DNA of 64,000 nt from Callorhinchus milii (Eukaryota), in contig NW_024704749.1 in NCBI RefSeq assembly GCF_018977255.1, positions 16,740,001 through 16,804,000 on the forward strand, in the 5' to 3' direction. Shown piece by piece: positions 23,101 to 36,384 of this stretch. The notes below the pieces were generated by a model. It saw only the letters and a list, made by a program, of their open reading frames with translations. It did not search any database and had not been told where the DNA came from. The translations under genes and the position numbers were made by a program. Numbering within the stretch: the stretch's first letter is position 1; every line of letters begins with the position of its first letter.

Positions 23101-24573
23101 TGGGTTTAATCGCTGACAGTAATAACTTGGGGTGTGTGTGTGTGGGGGGGGGGGGGGGGAGATAGTGTATTGTATCATCTTTCACATTTATGAAATAATA
23201 TTTTCTGAACCCGAGATTAAAATACATTTGTGTGTGTGTGTCTGTGTGTTTGTGTGTGTGTGTGTGTGTGCATTACAAAATAATTTTAAAATATACCTTT
23301 CCTCCTCAACCTGTTCTTCCCCCCACACCCACCCCAATAAAAAAAAATCAATCCACCCACAGGGAAGGGAAATGCATCGCCTTTGACACTTGTTACGATT
23401 TTGCTCGTCAATAAACTCCCCCCCGTTTTAAAGGTCGAGGATATTACATTATTATATTATATGCTGCGGGAACAGCACAGCCGGACTCTTGTGCTGTATA
23501 TTTCAACATTTAATATATATATATATATATATTTGGAAGCTGCACCTAGAAGGTTTGGCAATTAATAGATGAACGTGCAATGCCCATATCTGTGTCCAAA
23601 TCGCCTTTTTTTCCGGGTTATAAAGGAAATTAAGGATTGGACAGCCGTGTGAGTGCGCACAGCTCTGTTTGAAACACTCTCAGTGTATGTCCTGGTGTTG
23701 TTTTCGGACACATCCAAATGAATGGACGTTTAAAAATCAGACGAAAAAAAAAAAACCCCCCCCAAACTGTTGGCAAAATAACGCAACGTGGTCTTTCGCT
23801 CCACGAGCTGAAGGGTTCTTTATTTTTACGTGTCTTTATCTGGGGAGGGGGGAGAGGGTGGAGGGGGGGAGAGGGGGGGGGGGTTGTAATGTTGTTTTAA
23901 ACTGAATATACATGAAGCAGGAGGAGATTCTGACTAAACGCTCAGGATCAAAGGGCGAGTGTACAAAAGAATGAGGGGAAAGTACATTCAATTATCATAA
24001 TGAATCTTGTGTTTTCTCGCTCATTAATTGGATATTGATTTGTGGAAAATCTAAAGCCTTTCGATTTTAGCCCCAACCCCCCCCCCACCCCAACCCCCCA
24101 CCCCACCCACCCCCCACCCCACGCTGAGTGCTGTTTTGTTTCATTCCTGCAGCCTGGGTTTATTGTGTTGCCCCCCCCCACCCCCACAAGCTTTTTGCTG
24201 TGGTTTAATTATGCAATAATTAAGCGTCAATTTGGCAAAGTTATTGACTCGCACTACAGTCTCCCGCAGGGGACGGCGTTCAAACCGAAGCAATACTGAA
24301 ATATTATTATTGTGATTATTGCAAACAGGAGTGATAAGCTCTCAGCCCCCTGTTGGACAAGCCAGGCTCCAGTGACCCCCGCATTCAAAACGAAAGGAGT
24401 CCCCCCCCCCCCCCCACCCTCCACACACACACACACACACTTTTTTTTTTGCTAATCACCCTTGTTACAGCGAGTGCGTTAATCTGGGTTCAATCCGTTT
24501 AGTGGACACTGTGAGCGGATTACAAATTAATAGGCGCGCAATCACAAACCAGGTTAAAAGATTGGAGAAAGAA

Positions 24574-24606
<33 letters not shown>

Positions 24607-25959
24607 CGCATATGTTCCAATTTTGCTGCCCAGTATCCCAGTTTTCCAAGAGGGGTTTGAGCGAGGAAATTGCGTCGTGTCACTGATTTCCAAGTCGGGA
24701 CCTGGACCAGAAATGAGCTTTGAACAAGGCATCTAATCAACCACAACAACAACAACAACGAGATTGCATTTGTATTAACGCCTTTTCACATCAGCCATAT
24801 CGATAGGGTTGCAAACTTGACAATACTTTAAATGACACACAATTAAACATACGACGTATCATAGATTTCAAAGTTCATTTCAGCCCCAAAAAAAAATGCA
24901 GTGAACTCCACACCGTTTCCGTTAATCGAATGCATCACTGGGTTAGGTTTTTTGGGGTCTGGTGTGTGTGTGTGTGTGTGTGTGTGGTTTAGGTGTTCGT
25001 TTGTTTTGGGGCAATCGTTGAGTGCTATTGCACTGGAGAGTGTGTCCGTCTCAGTGCAGTGTTTGCATCGTTGAATTGTTTTGCTCGCAGAGGCAGTTAC
25101 AGAGCCGAGGAGAGAGGAGCCCTCGAGGAGGCAGGAAAGACCGCCTCGGTTGAAGTACTCTGGAGTTTGTGTCAGCGGTGCTCTTTGTGCGGCTGAATGA
25201 AGAGGCGGAACGGGGCACAATGACGGCTCTCTGGCATTGTGAAGGCAGCCCTGGCGGTTATGGGGGTGAAGATGCTGACACATATGCCACTTGGCTACAA
25301 GTGCCTCTTGGACTCCACTTCCCCCACTCCCCCCTCTCTCTCCATCACTCACGTTACATTGACTGGACCAGCACTTTCCACCGTATATTTGAATATTCAT
25401 GAGGTTGGATCACACGCGTTGTGGGTCTCAGTGAGTCCCAAAGCCTTTGTTTTGTTGGATTGGATGGGTGCGGGAAGAAAGCTCCTCTCCCTATTGTTAG
25501 CTGGTCTCCCCCCCACCACCCCCCATCGTTGTGTTCTCCTCTCCCTTTCCCTCCTCTCTTGCCTTTCATGACTTCACCTTTCCTTGTCCCTTCTTCCTCC
25601 TTGAAGTGAGATGCGAGACAGAGTTCGGGCACAAGGGAGAAGCGCCGCTGACCAGAGCTCTGTCCACCTCTGGCTGACGATTCTACTCTTCATCCATCAG
25701 TTTTCCTTCAGATCACACTGTCCTCGTGCTCACAACTTTCATTTTCTAAGTGTGACAACTGAATCACTGGACCCTCTATCCCCTTCCTCTGCCTTTGGAT
25801 TGGGCAATGAAAAGCTAATTCGATCCAAATTTCTCAAGGCACTTTCTTCAATGTTCCCAACAAGTCTCAACAGCTATCACCTCTTCCCTTTGACAGCTCC
25901 ATTTCCGTATCCAGCATTTGTGCACATTCTTAATCCATATATAAACTGGATTTCACACA

Positions 25960-26285
25960 TAACATAATCCTTGCGTTTGATATAGTGCTTTTTCACATCT
26001 TCGAGGCGTCTCAAAGCGCTTCACAGAATATACTGTAAAAAGTGAACTGACTGTATATTTGTGGGCGATATGCAGTAGCCAAATGTGCACAGCAGCGTCT
26101 GCCCCACAAACAGTCGTGGATGGAAAATGATCAATTTATTATTGTTTTATTTTTTTTGGAGGAATTATTATTGGGCTCTGTCTGGAGTAAGGAAACTTGC
26201 CCGAGGTTTCGCCCTCTGCCAGGAATTGAACCCAGGTGTCTCACTTGCAAAGCGAATGCTCTAACCACTGAGCTACAGGACTCCA
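25960..26285 (-). mobile_element. Full-length tRNA-Ala-derived SINE (partial Deu-like core, L2-type tail)
   Basis: A box TAGCTCAGTGG, B box GGTTCAATTCC, shared body and (ATT)-type tail. It is more diverged than the other three copies. Confidence 0.9.
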
Positions 26286-27368
26286 TACTCTACCTCTCCA
26301 TATAGAATTAGTGTCCTCTTTGGTATTGAATATTTCTCCTGTACAATTAGCTCCCTGTAGAGCCTACATTATTATTACATTCATCCAAGACTTGACAATT
26401 GCTCCCATCTGAGAAAACTCTTCCAACATCTCACACTCACCTAAACACCGATGTCAAGTCCTCCAAGACAAGACTCTTGAAGGACGCTTTATAAATGCAA
26501 GTCGTTGTTCCCAATCTCTTTTTGTTCTACACTTCAGTGCTGTGTTGACCTCTGGCCCTTTATATTGGCTGCGTAATAAAATACTGTAACCTGATATAAA
26601 AAAAATTACCCTTTTTAAAATATCTACATTGGGTTTTTAAGTGTTGACTACTGCCTGGATAACCCAAATTCACACTTTCAGCCAAGGTAAATTGTTACAG
26701 GCTATAAATTCACACTTGAATGATACGGATTCCACTTGTTGTGATGGAGTACACTTGCAATAAAACCAGTCGGGAACACTTTATGAAACACGTCGTCAGA
26801 TCTTTGGCATTGAGTAGCCCCATGCAATCTAAATATGTTAATATCACTTGGCACAGGTACTCAGAGCAAATTTTGTAAAGAAAAAAATATTCCAAAATGA
26901 AAGGCCTTTTTCGGTACCTTTAAATCCTGTTTAACGACAACAAAGCCAAGATTCTTTGATATATAATGCAGTGTTCTTGATGTCTGCCTCAAACTGGTCT
27001 CTGCTCACCTGCAGCAGAATGGAAACCATCCTGTCATTACATTAGCTGCTGCACAACCCTGTTTTAAAACAGTGGATTTAGTAGGTCTCCAATATTTATG
27101 TACATTTGCAAAACCATACAACGGTGATTGCAAACATTGGACTGATTGACATTATGGTAGACAATGGTGTGCTCTTCCTGTTACTTGGTCTATGCACAAG
27201 TTCAATACTTACAGCACAAACGGCGCATGGACTGCTCAAATCCTACTTGCAGGTTAACAACTGGTGAAGCATCTGTACAGTTTTTTAACAGAACAGTTAT
27301 GTCAAACGAACAGTCTTGCAGAATTACAACACAGAACAGTTTGTTTCGAATCACATAATTTCCTTGAA

Positions 27369-27374
27369 TTTATT
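27369..27374 (-). terminator. Candidate qsox2 polyadenylation signal (3' UTR about 1.6 kb)
   Basis: AATAAA on the minus strand followed about 30 nt later by the GT-rich element tgttctgtgttgt. Confidence 0.5.
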
Positions 27375-28933
27375 TAGTACAAAGGAATAGCTTCTCTCGG
27401 GTGGAGAAAATATGGCAAACATTGACCCGCGTGTCAAACAATATAGTTTCAGTAAACAAGGCAGCTTTTTAATAAATAGTTAAATTAAATTGGTCAGCAA
27501 ATCCATGCCTTTCATCAAGTAATTTTATGATTTCTGAACAAGCAAACCAATACAAAACGCAACACAATTAATACTGAAATGGAAATATCCACCAGAGGTA
27601 CGAGAGCTTTCATAAATTTCCTGTTTGCCCATAGTTCCCTGTCATCCTATAGTTAATACTGAACAAATAGATTTGCCGTGATCGTTTTAATACTAAGCCA
27701 TTATTCCGAGTTGGGCAGAAGTTTAGGCACATCTGCTTGAAACGCAACAGGAGGTTTCTCTGTTTAAACTGAGCCACAGGTCAGAAACAACATATAGATT
27801 GGCTGGTGTTTGGTTTTCATTCAGATTTTTTCATATCAAAAATAAGTCACAATTTCTATTAAATAAGGTACTTTCAATGTTGTATTTTGATACACTTCAG
27901 GCTCCTGACAATAGTAGTTGAGAACAACACAGATCACATGCAATGCAAGTCCAATCCTAAAGTTCTGCCTGACAATACGTCTCAAGTGATTCCCAGCCAA
28001 TTGCACCAACAATATTGGATATAATTACTCTTGTGGCCTTTCAAGCAAGAGATGACACGACTTGGAACATGTTTGAGGACATGCTCAGCTTATTTAAACC
28101 AGTTTAATGCTATGATCCTTGATACAACCTCAAACTTTTTGGTTACGGCTTCATTTGAACCCAGGTCTCCAAGCTGATAAGAAAAACTCCTGGAATGGAT
28201 TTCACTTGCTTGTTTAACTTGCATACCAGCTCGTTGAGCAGTGAGGATCAACGGTCTGCTATTGCTGAGACTACCTCTCTGCTCTTTGAATTTAGCGCAG
28301 GGCAGTCTTTGAATGTGGTTCATAGATTACTTCATATATGCAAAGGAGAAGCAGGAAGTTGAAATTGCCCTGTTTGGCACCTCTATGGTATGTAAACCAC
28401 GTATAAAAATAATCAAAATGGAATTGCCACACCGTGATACATCAATTCTTTTGCACAGGCAACCAGATAAAAGTGTACCAATTGCTACAGGCCCTTCATC
28501 AAAGAGTTAAGTTAACTATGTGTACTTTAAATATTTCTCGATATTCCATCAAATATTGTAGCTAGTCCTAGTTTGAAGCATCTTTTCAGTGGAAAAATAC
28601 TTTACAAAAATATTAAAATTCCAGTGTTATTTCCTTAAAAAGGTCACTGGCTCCTCGGAAGTTGCAGGATGATCGTAAATTCTTCTTTAACAAACTGAAA
28701 CATTTAAACCCATTCTTTGTTCCCAATTTTTTTTTCGTGCAAAATAAATTCTCCACAATTGGTTTTCTGTTGTGATCATCTTAAAGGTGTGGTTGTTATG
28801 TGGTCACAGGAAGAGAGAAAGGAAGGAGGGAGGAGTTTTTTTTAGGCAATTTGTCAACATCTCCACTGGAATGACTAACTATAATGCAACCGACTTTGAT
28901 ATCGCCCTAATGCAACACGGTTGAAAATTGTCT

Positions 28934-29475
28934 TTAAACGTATGGACGGGTGTATCTGGTCTTCCACCTTTTGGACCTAATTCGGAAGTAAAAGTACATG
29001 ATCATTAAAAAGAAGCAGGACGCTGCATACAGAACAACACACAGACTCATGTCCACATTTGAAAATCCGATTCCAAAAAACGAAACTGACTGTTTAGATT
29101 CTTTCTTCGGGCCGATTATGTCACGATCACCCGACTTTCTCTTCACGTCGGCCAGACTGCTTGCTTTCTCTAGCTTCTCCCCAATGCCAGGTCTGGTGTT
29201 TTGGGCTAGGATTTGCAGATTATCCTCCTTTCTCTGATGTGTTGTCACTTTCTGTCCACCCTCACGCCCACGGCTTTCTGCCGCACCGTTTGCTTTGGTC
29301 TCGTCTTCAGTATATCTGTAGGAAAGGTTGTCTGCACCATAATGGGACTTCAAAAAGGTCAGAACATCTGCCTCCTTCCATACATGGAGGCCTTTGACCT
29401 CTTCATGACAGTCAGGGCAGAGGTCAGGATTAGGCCACGACACTTTAGGGAACTTTGGGTCTTCACTTGGAGCAC
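28934..29475 (-). CDS. qsox2: QSOX2 exon 12 (GAPSEDPKFPKVSWP...CPDC...TM helix...YTRPYV*)
   Basis: SEDPKFPK and CxxC motifs, hydrophobic segment MSLCVVLYAASCFFLMIMYFYF, acceptor ctttag, TAA stop. Confidence 0.95.
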
Positions 29476-32444
29476 CTAAAGGGAACAAATAATATGGATT
29501 GAATTATTTATATTAAAATCATAAAGTTCTCTCACTTTTTCCTCCTTTAAAATTACATTTTAATCGATAAGCATTTCAAATGGTCAGCAATGGCGTTCAT
29601 GATACCACATAAAGTTTTGCTGTATTGTTAACATCTATCAGAGTTTAATATGGCCCTGACTATGTCATGACCAAACCACCCTATACATTTCCAGACCTCT
29701 AATCTATTGGATGAAATTAGTTTTTAATACCGGTTTTCCTTAATAAAATTTGCGTTCACGTTTCATCTGGTCAAACCCACTCAAAGCAACTGGTTAGATA
29801 TCTTTCTCAGAACAAGCAGTTGATCTTTAGATACGGGCAATGCAATTACTGCGCACTTTCAGTCACAAGGCATAGATCCACATATCAACCTCTTTCTGCA
29901 CTAAAATAAGAAAGACATCTTCTGTGTCATAGGGTGAACACAAGGTCACTTCCAGATTTCCGTGCAATGCAGCAAGTGACATTGGCAGTGACCTGATGAC
30001 CCAGAAGTCTTTTTTTTATTAAGCACAGGAAGTTAAAATTGTCAAATTCTGGATTATTAGGTTGTCAATTTCCTGCTTTGCACAAGAGCAACAACTCAGA
30101 AAGTGACAGCGACCTAATAAACCAGAAATCAGCCATTTTAGTGTGAAAGGCCGACTGCTGGTATGTGCAAAGAACGGGGACCACAGTACAACCAAATTTG
30201 CATGATCGTGAAGCAGGTTATAATGGGGATGTATTGTACAACCATATTCACCCCAAACATTTAAGGGAGTATCCCTTACAATTACAGTGGAGACTCACCT
30301 TAAAGTCACTGCCCTAATGTGGTCAACTCACTGATTGAATTTTATTGCAGGCATTTTAATTTAATACACTATATGGTACAGTATAATACAATCTAACTTT
30401 TGTGGGTCAACCCATTAATGTGTCAAACTTAGTTGTCCATTTGCTGATTTTACAAGTCAGTTTCCACTGCACTGTCGATATTACAAATACCTGTGTGAGG
30501 TATAATAAATAACAATAAATATAATAATAAATGCCCCATCATTAGCAGGGGGCGGGTAGGAGGTGAGTCACGTACATTCCCTCAACAAAGCAGGAATATT
30601 GCCTTTTATAAAATCCGAAAGCTTGGGTACACAAAAATTAAACCATGTACAAAACAGAGAGCTAATAATTCCTGAAAGTTTTATGCATACTTACTTACCT
30701 AAAGGTAAGTTCTGACGGATGTATTGTTCTGATTTAACTGCCTCCTCTACCAGCTGTTTCTTTGAAGCCTTTTTGTATAGGCCAGGAGCCTGGTTAACAA
30801 TTCATTGCAACACAAGTGAAACAAAACCCAACTGGCTTCACTTTGTAGGCTGTGAATGTGGGGCTTGCCCATTCATTGCTTGCTGGCTGACAGATGACAG
30901 GTTCTATGTCATAACTCTCCAGAGAAGGAAACCAGGTCGTACTTTTGAAACTTAACCGGTCTCCTGGGTGCCACAGTAACCTTCGTTCACTTGACATTCT
31001 TAAACAATTGGTTGGAAAAACATGAGAGACCCAAAAGTCCTGCACTGCTTACAATGCAGAACTTTTTTTTAAAAAATGACACAGCTGTCTGGTGGAACAT
31101 AGCCTACATTTCCTCCACTCCACACAAAACAGACTGCTATTCACTTCTATGGGCATAAGCACACAAGCAGCCAGTACAAGTCGACTGATACAGCTGCAGC
31201 TGCGGAGGACAATGAATTTGTGCACACCCCTGCTGTGGTGTTATTGTACGTTTGTCAGTATCAATCATTGTTCTCACCATTTGGCCTTGTGTTAGTAAAT
31301 GGGACCTATTTTATGGATCATTACACAGGCTTGGGTATTCAGTATATGGTATAGATAGGAAAAAATACATATAGAATAAACTGCGTCAACAAAGCCTAAA
31401 TGGGAAGGCCAGGCTGCCCTCTAAGGGTGGCCCTTCACAAAACAAGTTTGACCCATCTGTATTGAGTTGCAATAATTCAGAACCCACGCTTCACAAGCAA
31501 CCCTCTCCTTTTCTTCACGACATTAGCAAAACTGCACTTAAACAGCCCACTCGCATTCAAGTGGTAATTGAATACAACTCATAGACAATGATCTTGCTCA
31601 ACAATGGAGATGCCGAACAAAACATTAAATTTACATATTACATGTTTACAACTCCACAGTATGTGCATGGAACAGGGTTCAGCAAATCATTGTTCCAAGC
31701 TGTACAGCATGATGAAAAAATTCCCTCTAATAGAATGAAAAGGGAATTTTTGTGGCCTAGATTAGATATTTTAAAAAGAATGTGGTCCCTTTTTGTTAGC
31801 ATTCATCGGCTATAAAAAGGCATTTCCAAAATGTCCCGGTTCACTTGTCTCAGTCATTCAGAAACGTTGGAGATGACAGCAGGTTGAGAGAAGCTAGTTA
31901 CTACGGAGCAGACACCTTCCTGCCAGATGGTCAGAGGTTCAAGTCCCCAAGATGGCTGTGACTTGTGTCTGCCTAGCACCATTTAGGAGTGTTTTCTCAG
32001 GATTAAACAAGGCGCTGGAAGCAGTGGCACACTTTGCCATGTTGCTTCACTAGCATAATGGGGAGGGGGGAAGAGAGAGAAATCAGCGGAACGAGCAAGT
32101 GTGCTGGCTCTTATAACCCCAATTTGCTGTGCACAGTAAGCAAATGCAATAATGATGTGTAGTATAGTCTACATCCTTTAGCTCACAAGGATGAGAACAA
32201 ACCTTTACATCCAAGTCTGCTTTGGATAGCTATGGCAGCCAGGTCCCCTCATAGTTCATTCAGTTCCAGTGCGTACTTTCTTCCACAGACTATTCGTTTT
32301 GAAGGTTGAAAATGTTATATTGTTGATTCTCATTTTACAGTGTACAAATGTCTAAACACTAGAAATCTTCCAATATGAGCAGAATACAGTCTGCACTAAC
32401 ACAATCTTGAATGGAGCTGTATTTTTGACGGTGCTAACTCTTAC

Positions 32445-32633
32445 CTGCTAATCTGCTGTTCACTTCATTGTGTTTTGTCCAGAGCCACAGAATAGCACTG
32501 TCCAGTGTCTCTACCTTATCCATAGATTCTTTTGCCATCTGCTCAAAGTGCTGTGCACACTCCATGCAGCCAAAGAAATGATGAATGTATCTTCTTATAA
32601 CCTGCAGAACTATCTGAGGACTATCGTCAAAAC
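32445..32633 (-). CDS. qsox2: QSOX2 exon 11, ERV domain (FFGCMECAQHF...WLWTKHNEVNSRLA)
   Basis: FAD-proximal CxxC and HNxVNxRL motifs, 189 nt, AG/GT boundaries. Confidence 0.95.
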
Positions 32634-35600
32634 CTAGATGGGATGGAACAATAATAAATTGTAATCGCATAGCAAAGACATCCTCGTGTCTAGATTCTTA
32701 GATTTACAGGAAATCTGATGAATACATGAAATTCAATTTACATGAAAAACTTTATACATTTGAAAACAAAACTATCTTTCACTGTGACAACATGACATCT
32801 GAGGGATATGAGATTCTAGGACCAAAATAACCATCACTGCCCATCCGGAAGGTCCAAACTTAAAATAATTATATTTTATTGAAATAGTTCAAATAAGAAA
32901 ATGATTTCTACTATCACTGGATCACCAATTTGATCTTGCATTTTGAATTAAAAATGAGTCNTTTTTTTTAAGAGGATACAAAAAAAAGCATTTGAAGGTA
33001 ACAGATCCGGCCTTTGTGACCAGTTTTCTTTTGTCGAAGTTATTGCTATTAACAGGTGAAGGGCAGCTGCAACTCTATTAATAGAAATACTAAATCACAT
33101 AATTTTATATGTGCTACAACTTGACTTTTTTCTTTGCAGTAATTGTCAGCATTTCAATTTAGGAAATGGAAGATCAGCAAGCCTCACATTAAAAATTGGA
33201 CTCTTCCAAATAGATAACTTTTCAGAAGTAAAACCAACCTTATCATTGGTGTTAGTGGAGAAACTGAGCTAAATGGAAAGATATTAAATCACAGCTCCTA
33301 GCAACAAACACAAACAGGGTTTGAGATAATCCTTTCTGAGCACCAGTACTGGAACAAGACATTGGACTAACCTAAACAAAGACCAATCTAACTCACGTCC
33401 CCCATTTCAAATGGAATAAATCAAAAAGTTATTTTCCCAATTTGAGGAAGTAATACTGACAAGCAATGATGAGCAAAACATAAAATACACAGTAATGCAA
33501 TTCTTTACAGATTACTTGAACAAACAATTGTAGTTACTCTAAAATTACCGCTAAACCCGTAACCATGTCCGCTCAGCTAAAGGCAACATATGATCCCACG
33601 TTTGTCCTCAAAAACAGTCACTCCACTTTACAGTATATCCTGTGAAGGGCTTTGAGATGTCCCCCAGACATGAAAGGCACTGTATCAAATGTAAGGATTG
33701 TTATTTTCCCATCTTTCTTTCACATTTAAACATTATAGATTATAGATTGCCAGCATTAGTTTTTTTTTATATAAATTGTATGTATCCAGCTTTTCTTAAT
33801 TTCTACTGAAGATCAGGTCTCTGTTCAGTCAGAATCTCACGAGAATTGGTGATCCCATCTCCCTGGACTATGAGTAGATGATTGACTTGGTTACTTCCTT
33901 ACATAAAGCTAAAATTTTATTCCTCCTAATTTGCAGTTGATTATTGCGTAAAAAGCACATTGTACCAGATATTCTTATCACTACTTTGAATTAATTTTGG
34001 ATTTAACTTCAAATTGCAACCCATTTCCTTCATATCATTCAATGTGGCCATGTAACTAAAACATACTAACATAACAAAAATTGGAAGATCTTAGTAGAGA
34101 TCTTCATTCACATGTTCACTCATGCGATTATATATAAATTTGCTGATATTATTGTCATACCATGTTCTGAACCACTGCCCCCCATTCACAATAAATAATC
34201 ACAGGAATCTATGCCGGCATCACCTTTTGATCGCACAGCTAATAACAAAAACTCACTCTAAAATGGTTCGGGGATTATTTTACTGCAGAAATGTTGTATT
34301 CCTTACTTAGGATGTCACAATGCTAAAATCACTATTCATTAATTGAATCGCTCAGATTCTGGTGGATTCTGAAAATGGGAACAAAATTGTAGCACTGATG
34401 CAGTAGGGATTTGTTGGGGACAGGTTGTGCTTTGCTGTGCATGTAACCCATGTTGCACATGACATTGATGGTGAGGCAATAGCTGGATATTCCTCTCGTC
34501 TGTGAAGCACTTTGAGACGTCTCAAAGATGTGATAAGGTGCTATATCAAATGCAAGGATCATTACTTTGAAAAGCAAAAAAGAATCAGAAGTCCTAGTGG
34601 TAGAACATCTGAGCCATTGCCTACCTAGTATAAATTCTCCATTTTGATAAATTAATGGGAGGGGAGATGATGAAATACAAAATTCATATCCGTCACTGCA
34701 AACATTTAAGTGGGTCTGGCTTTACAATAGGAAGACAGCAAATTTAATTCCATTCATCAAAAAAAAAATTTCAATAGCCAGCAAGATTTTGTATTTTATG
34801 TAAGAATTTACAAAACACTTAATCATTGCCTTTGGTACAATGAAACGATCTCCTACACATTTTGCACAGCCTGAATACAGCAAGTCCGAATACACTACTG
34901 AAAGCCCAGTAGCTTGTTTTACTGGTGCACAAACGTTTTGTCACAAACTGTGCAAATCTTGTTGGGACTTTTCTTTGTCAGTTAAAAGATGGGATCTACA
35001 CTTGATTAATATACACCATGTTTTAACATGTAATCCTCCTTATTCTTATCCTTGCTGCCTCCACCCCTGCTCCCTGCAATTTAGTTTATCCTAATCTTTA
35101 AAGTGGACAATAACCTAAACCCACCTGCAGAGTGGGATTAAAGGATGTTCACTGGATGCAAAGGATAAGTAATAAGGAGTAAAAATGTCTACACATAATC
35201 CAGCTGTCTCGATTTGACCCAATTCTTTAAATAGTGCAACAAGAGTAACTCTCAATCTATCTCATTACTTTGAGTGTCAAAGTCAGGCTGCATGGAAGCA
35301 AATAAAAGGTAAAGAGCAGATGATAATTTATTGCCACTTAATTACAAATCTGGTAGGATTACCATTGATACGATTTGTTTTTTTTTAAAAAAACTTTACA
35401 TTCAAACGAAAGCCATTCTTCTGGGTCCATCTTCCAGATACATCTCTGAAGTCTGAAGGCCATGAATTAATAACAATACTTGCATTTGATACGGCTCCTT
35501 ATCACTGCATTATAAACTCATCAACAAATATTAATGTGCAGTCACAAACTACATATACTACTAATTTATAGCATGATTTTAAATTAGTTTAAAATATGCT

Positions 35601-36233
35601 TCTTTTGTCAATTATTTAGAACTAATTTAATAGTTTTTTAGTTATCAAATTGTATTTAACAGCACCTAAACTGTGAAACCGTGGCAATTTCAAATAAATG
35701 ATTTGCCCTCTCATTGAAACTGTTTAAAATTCTTGGGTACAAGATTACCGAATGAGACAGGGTTACCAGAATGAGTCCAAATGCAAATGGAATTTTCTTG
35801 TGCCACTTTCCAGATCACAAGGAACAGGCAAGAGCTTAATCCAAAGAGAACAGATGGCAAAGTGTACTACACCCTTGCAGCTCTCCCTCACTCTCTCTCA
35901 TACACACACTTTTTTTTTTAAACAGTCTCCCCACATTTGAATTTGGTTTGTCTTTCCATCTTTCATGATCGGGTTCTGTGGTATATTTCATAATGTTACT
36001 GGGATTCATTCAAGAAAATTATGATAGACATGTTTTCCCTTACAAAACATAAAAGGTGCTGTCTTTATCCAAGAGTACTTGATATCCCCACGTAGGGGAG
36101 ACTTCCATTAGCTCAAGGGAAATTGTATTTTAAAATATTCCATTATTGCAAGTCATTTGATCTTCGGCATAAGCAATTTCTGTTTACCAAGAAAAAGTAG
36201 CATTGAAAATTACTTTAAAATAAGGTATTTTAC

Positions 36234-36384
36234 CAGAATTTACTAGAATTTCATGACGCTTTGCAGCTTGCACAGTCAAGGTATGGAAGAGCGTCCACAG
36301 AGAACATGGGTAGCCTCTGTATAGGGATTTGCTGCCCTGACAGCTGACCCACTGTATGCGATTTGTGAGAAACATTCCAGATAT
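36234..36384 (-). CDS. qsox2: QSOX2 exon 10 ([38 protein letters not shown]...)
   Basis: QSOX CQGS...RGYPCSLW motif, 151 nt. Confidence 0.95.

Noticed and set aside
24843-25967. Cluster of 90-185 aa ORFs between lhx3 and qsox2
   Set aside because: No recognisable protein or exon structure; it looks like decayed LINE-derived sequence.
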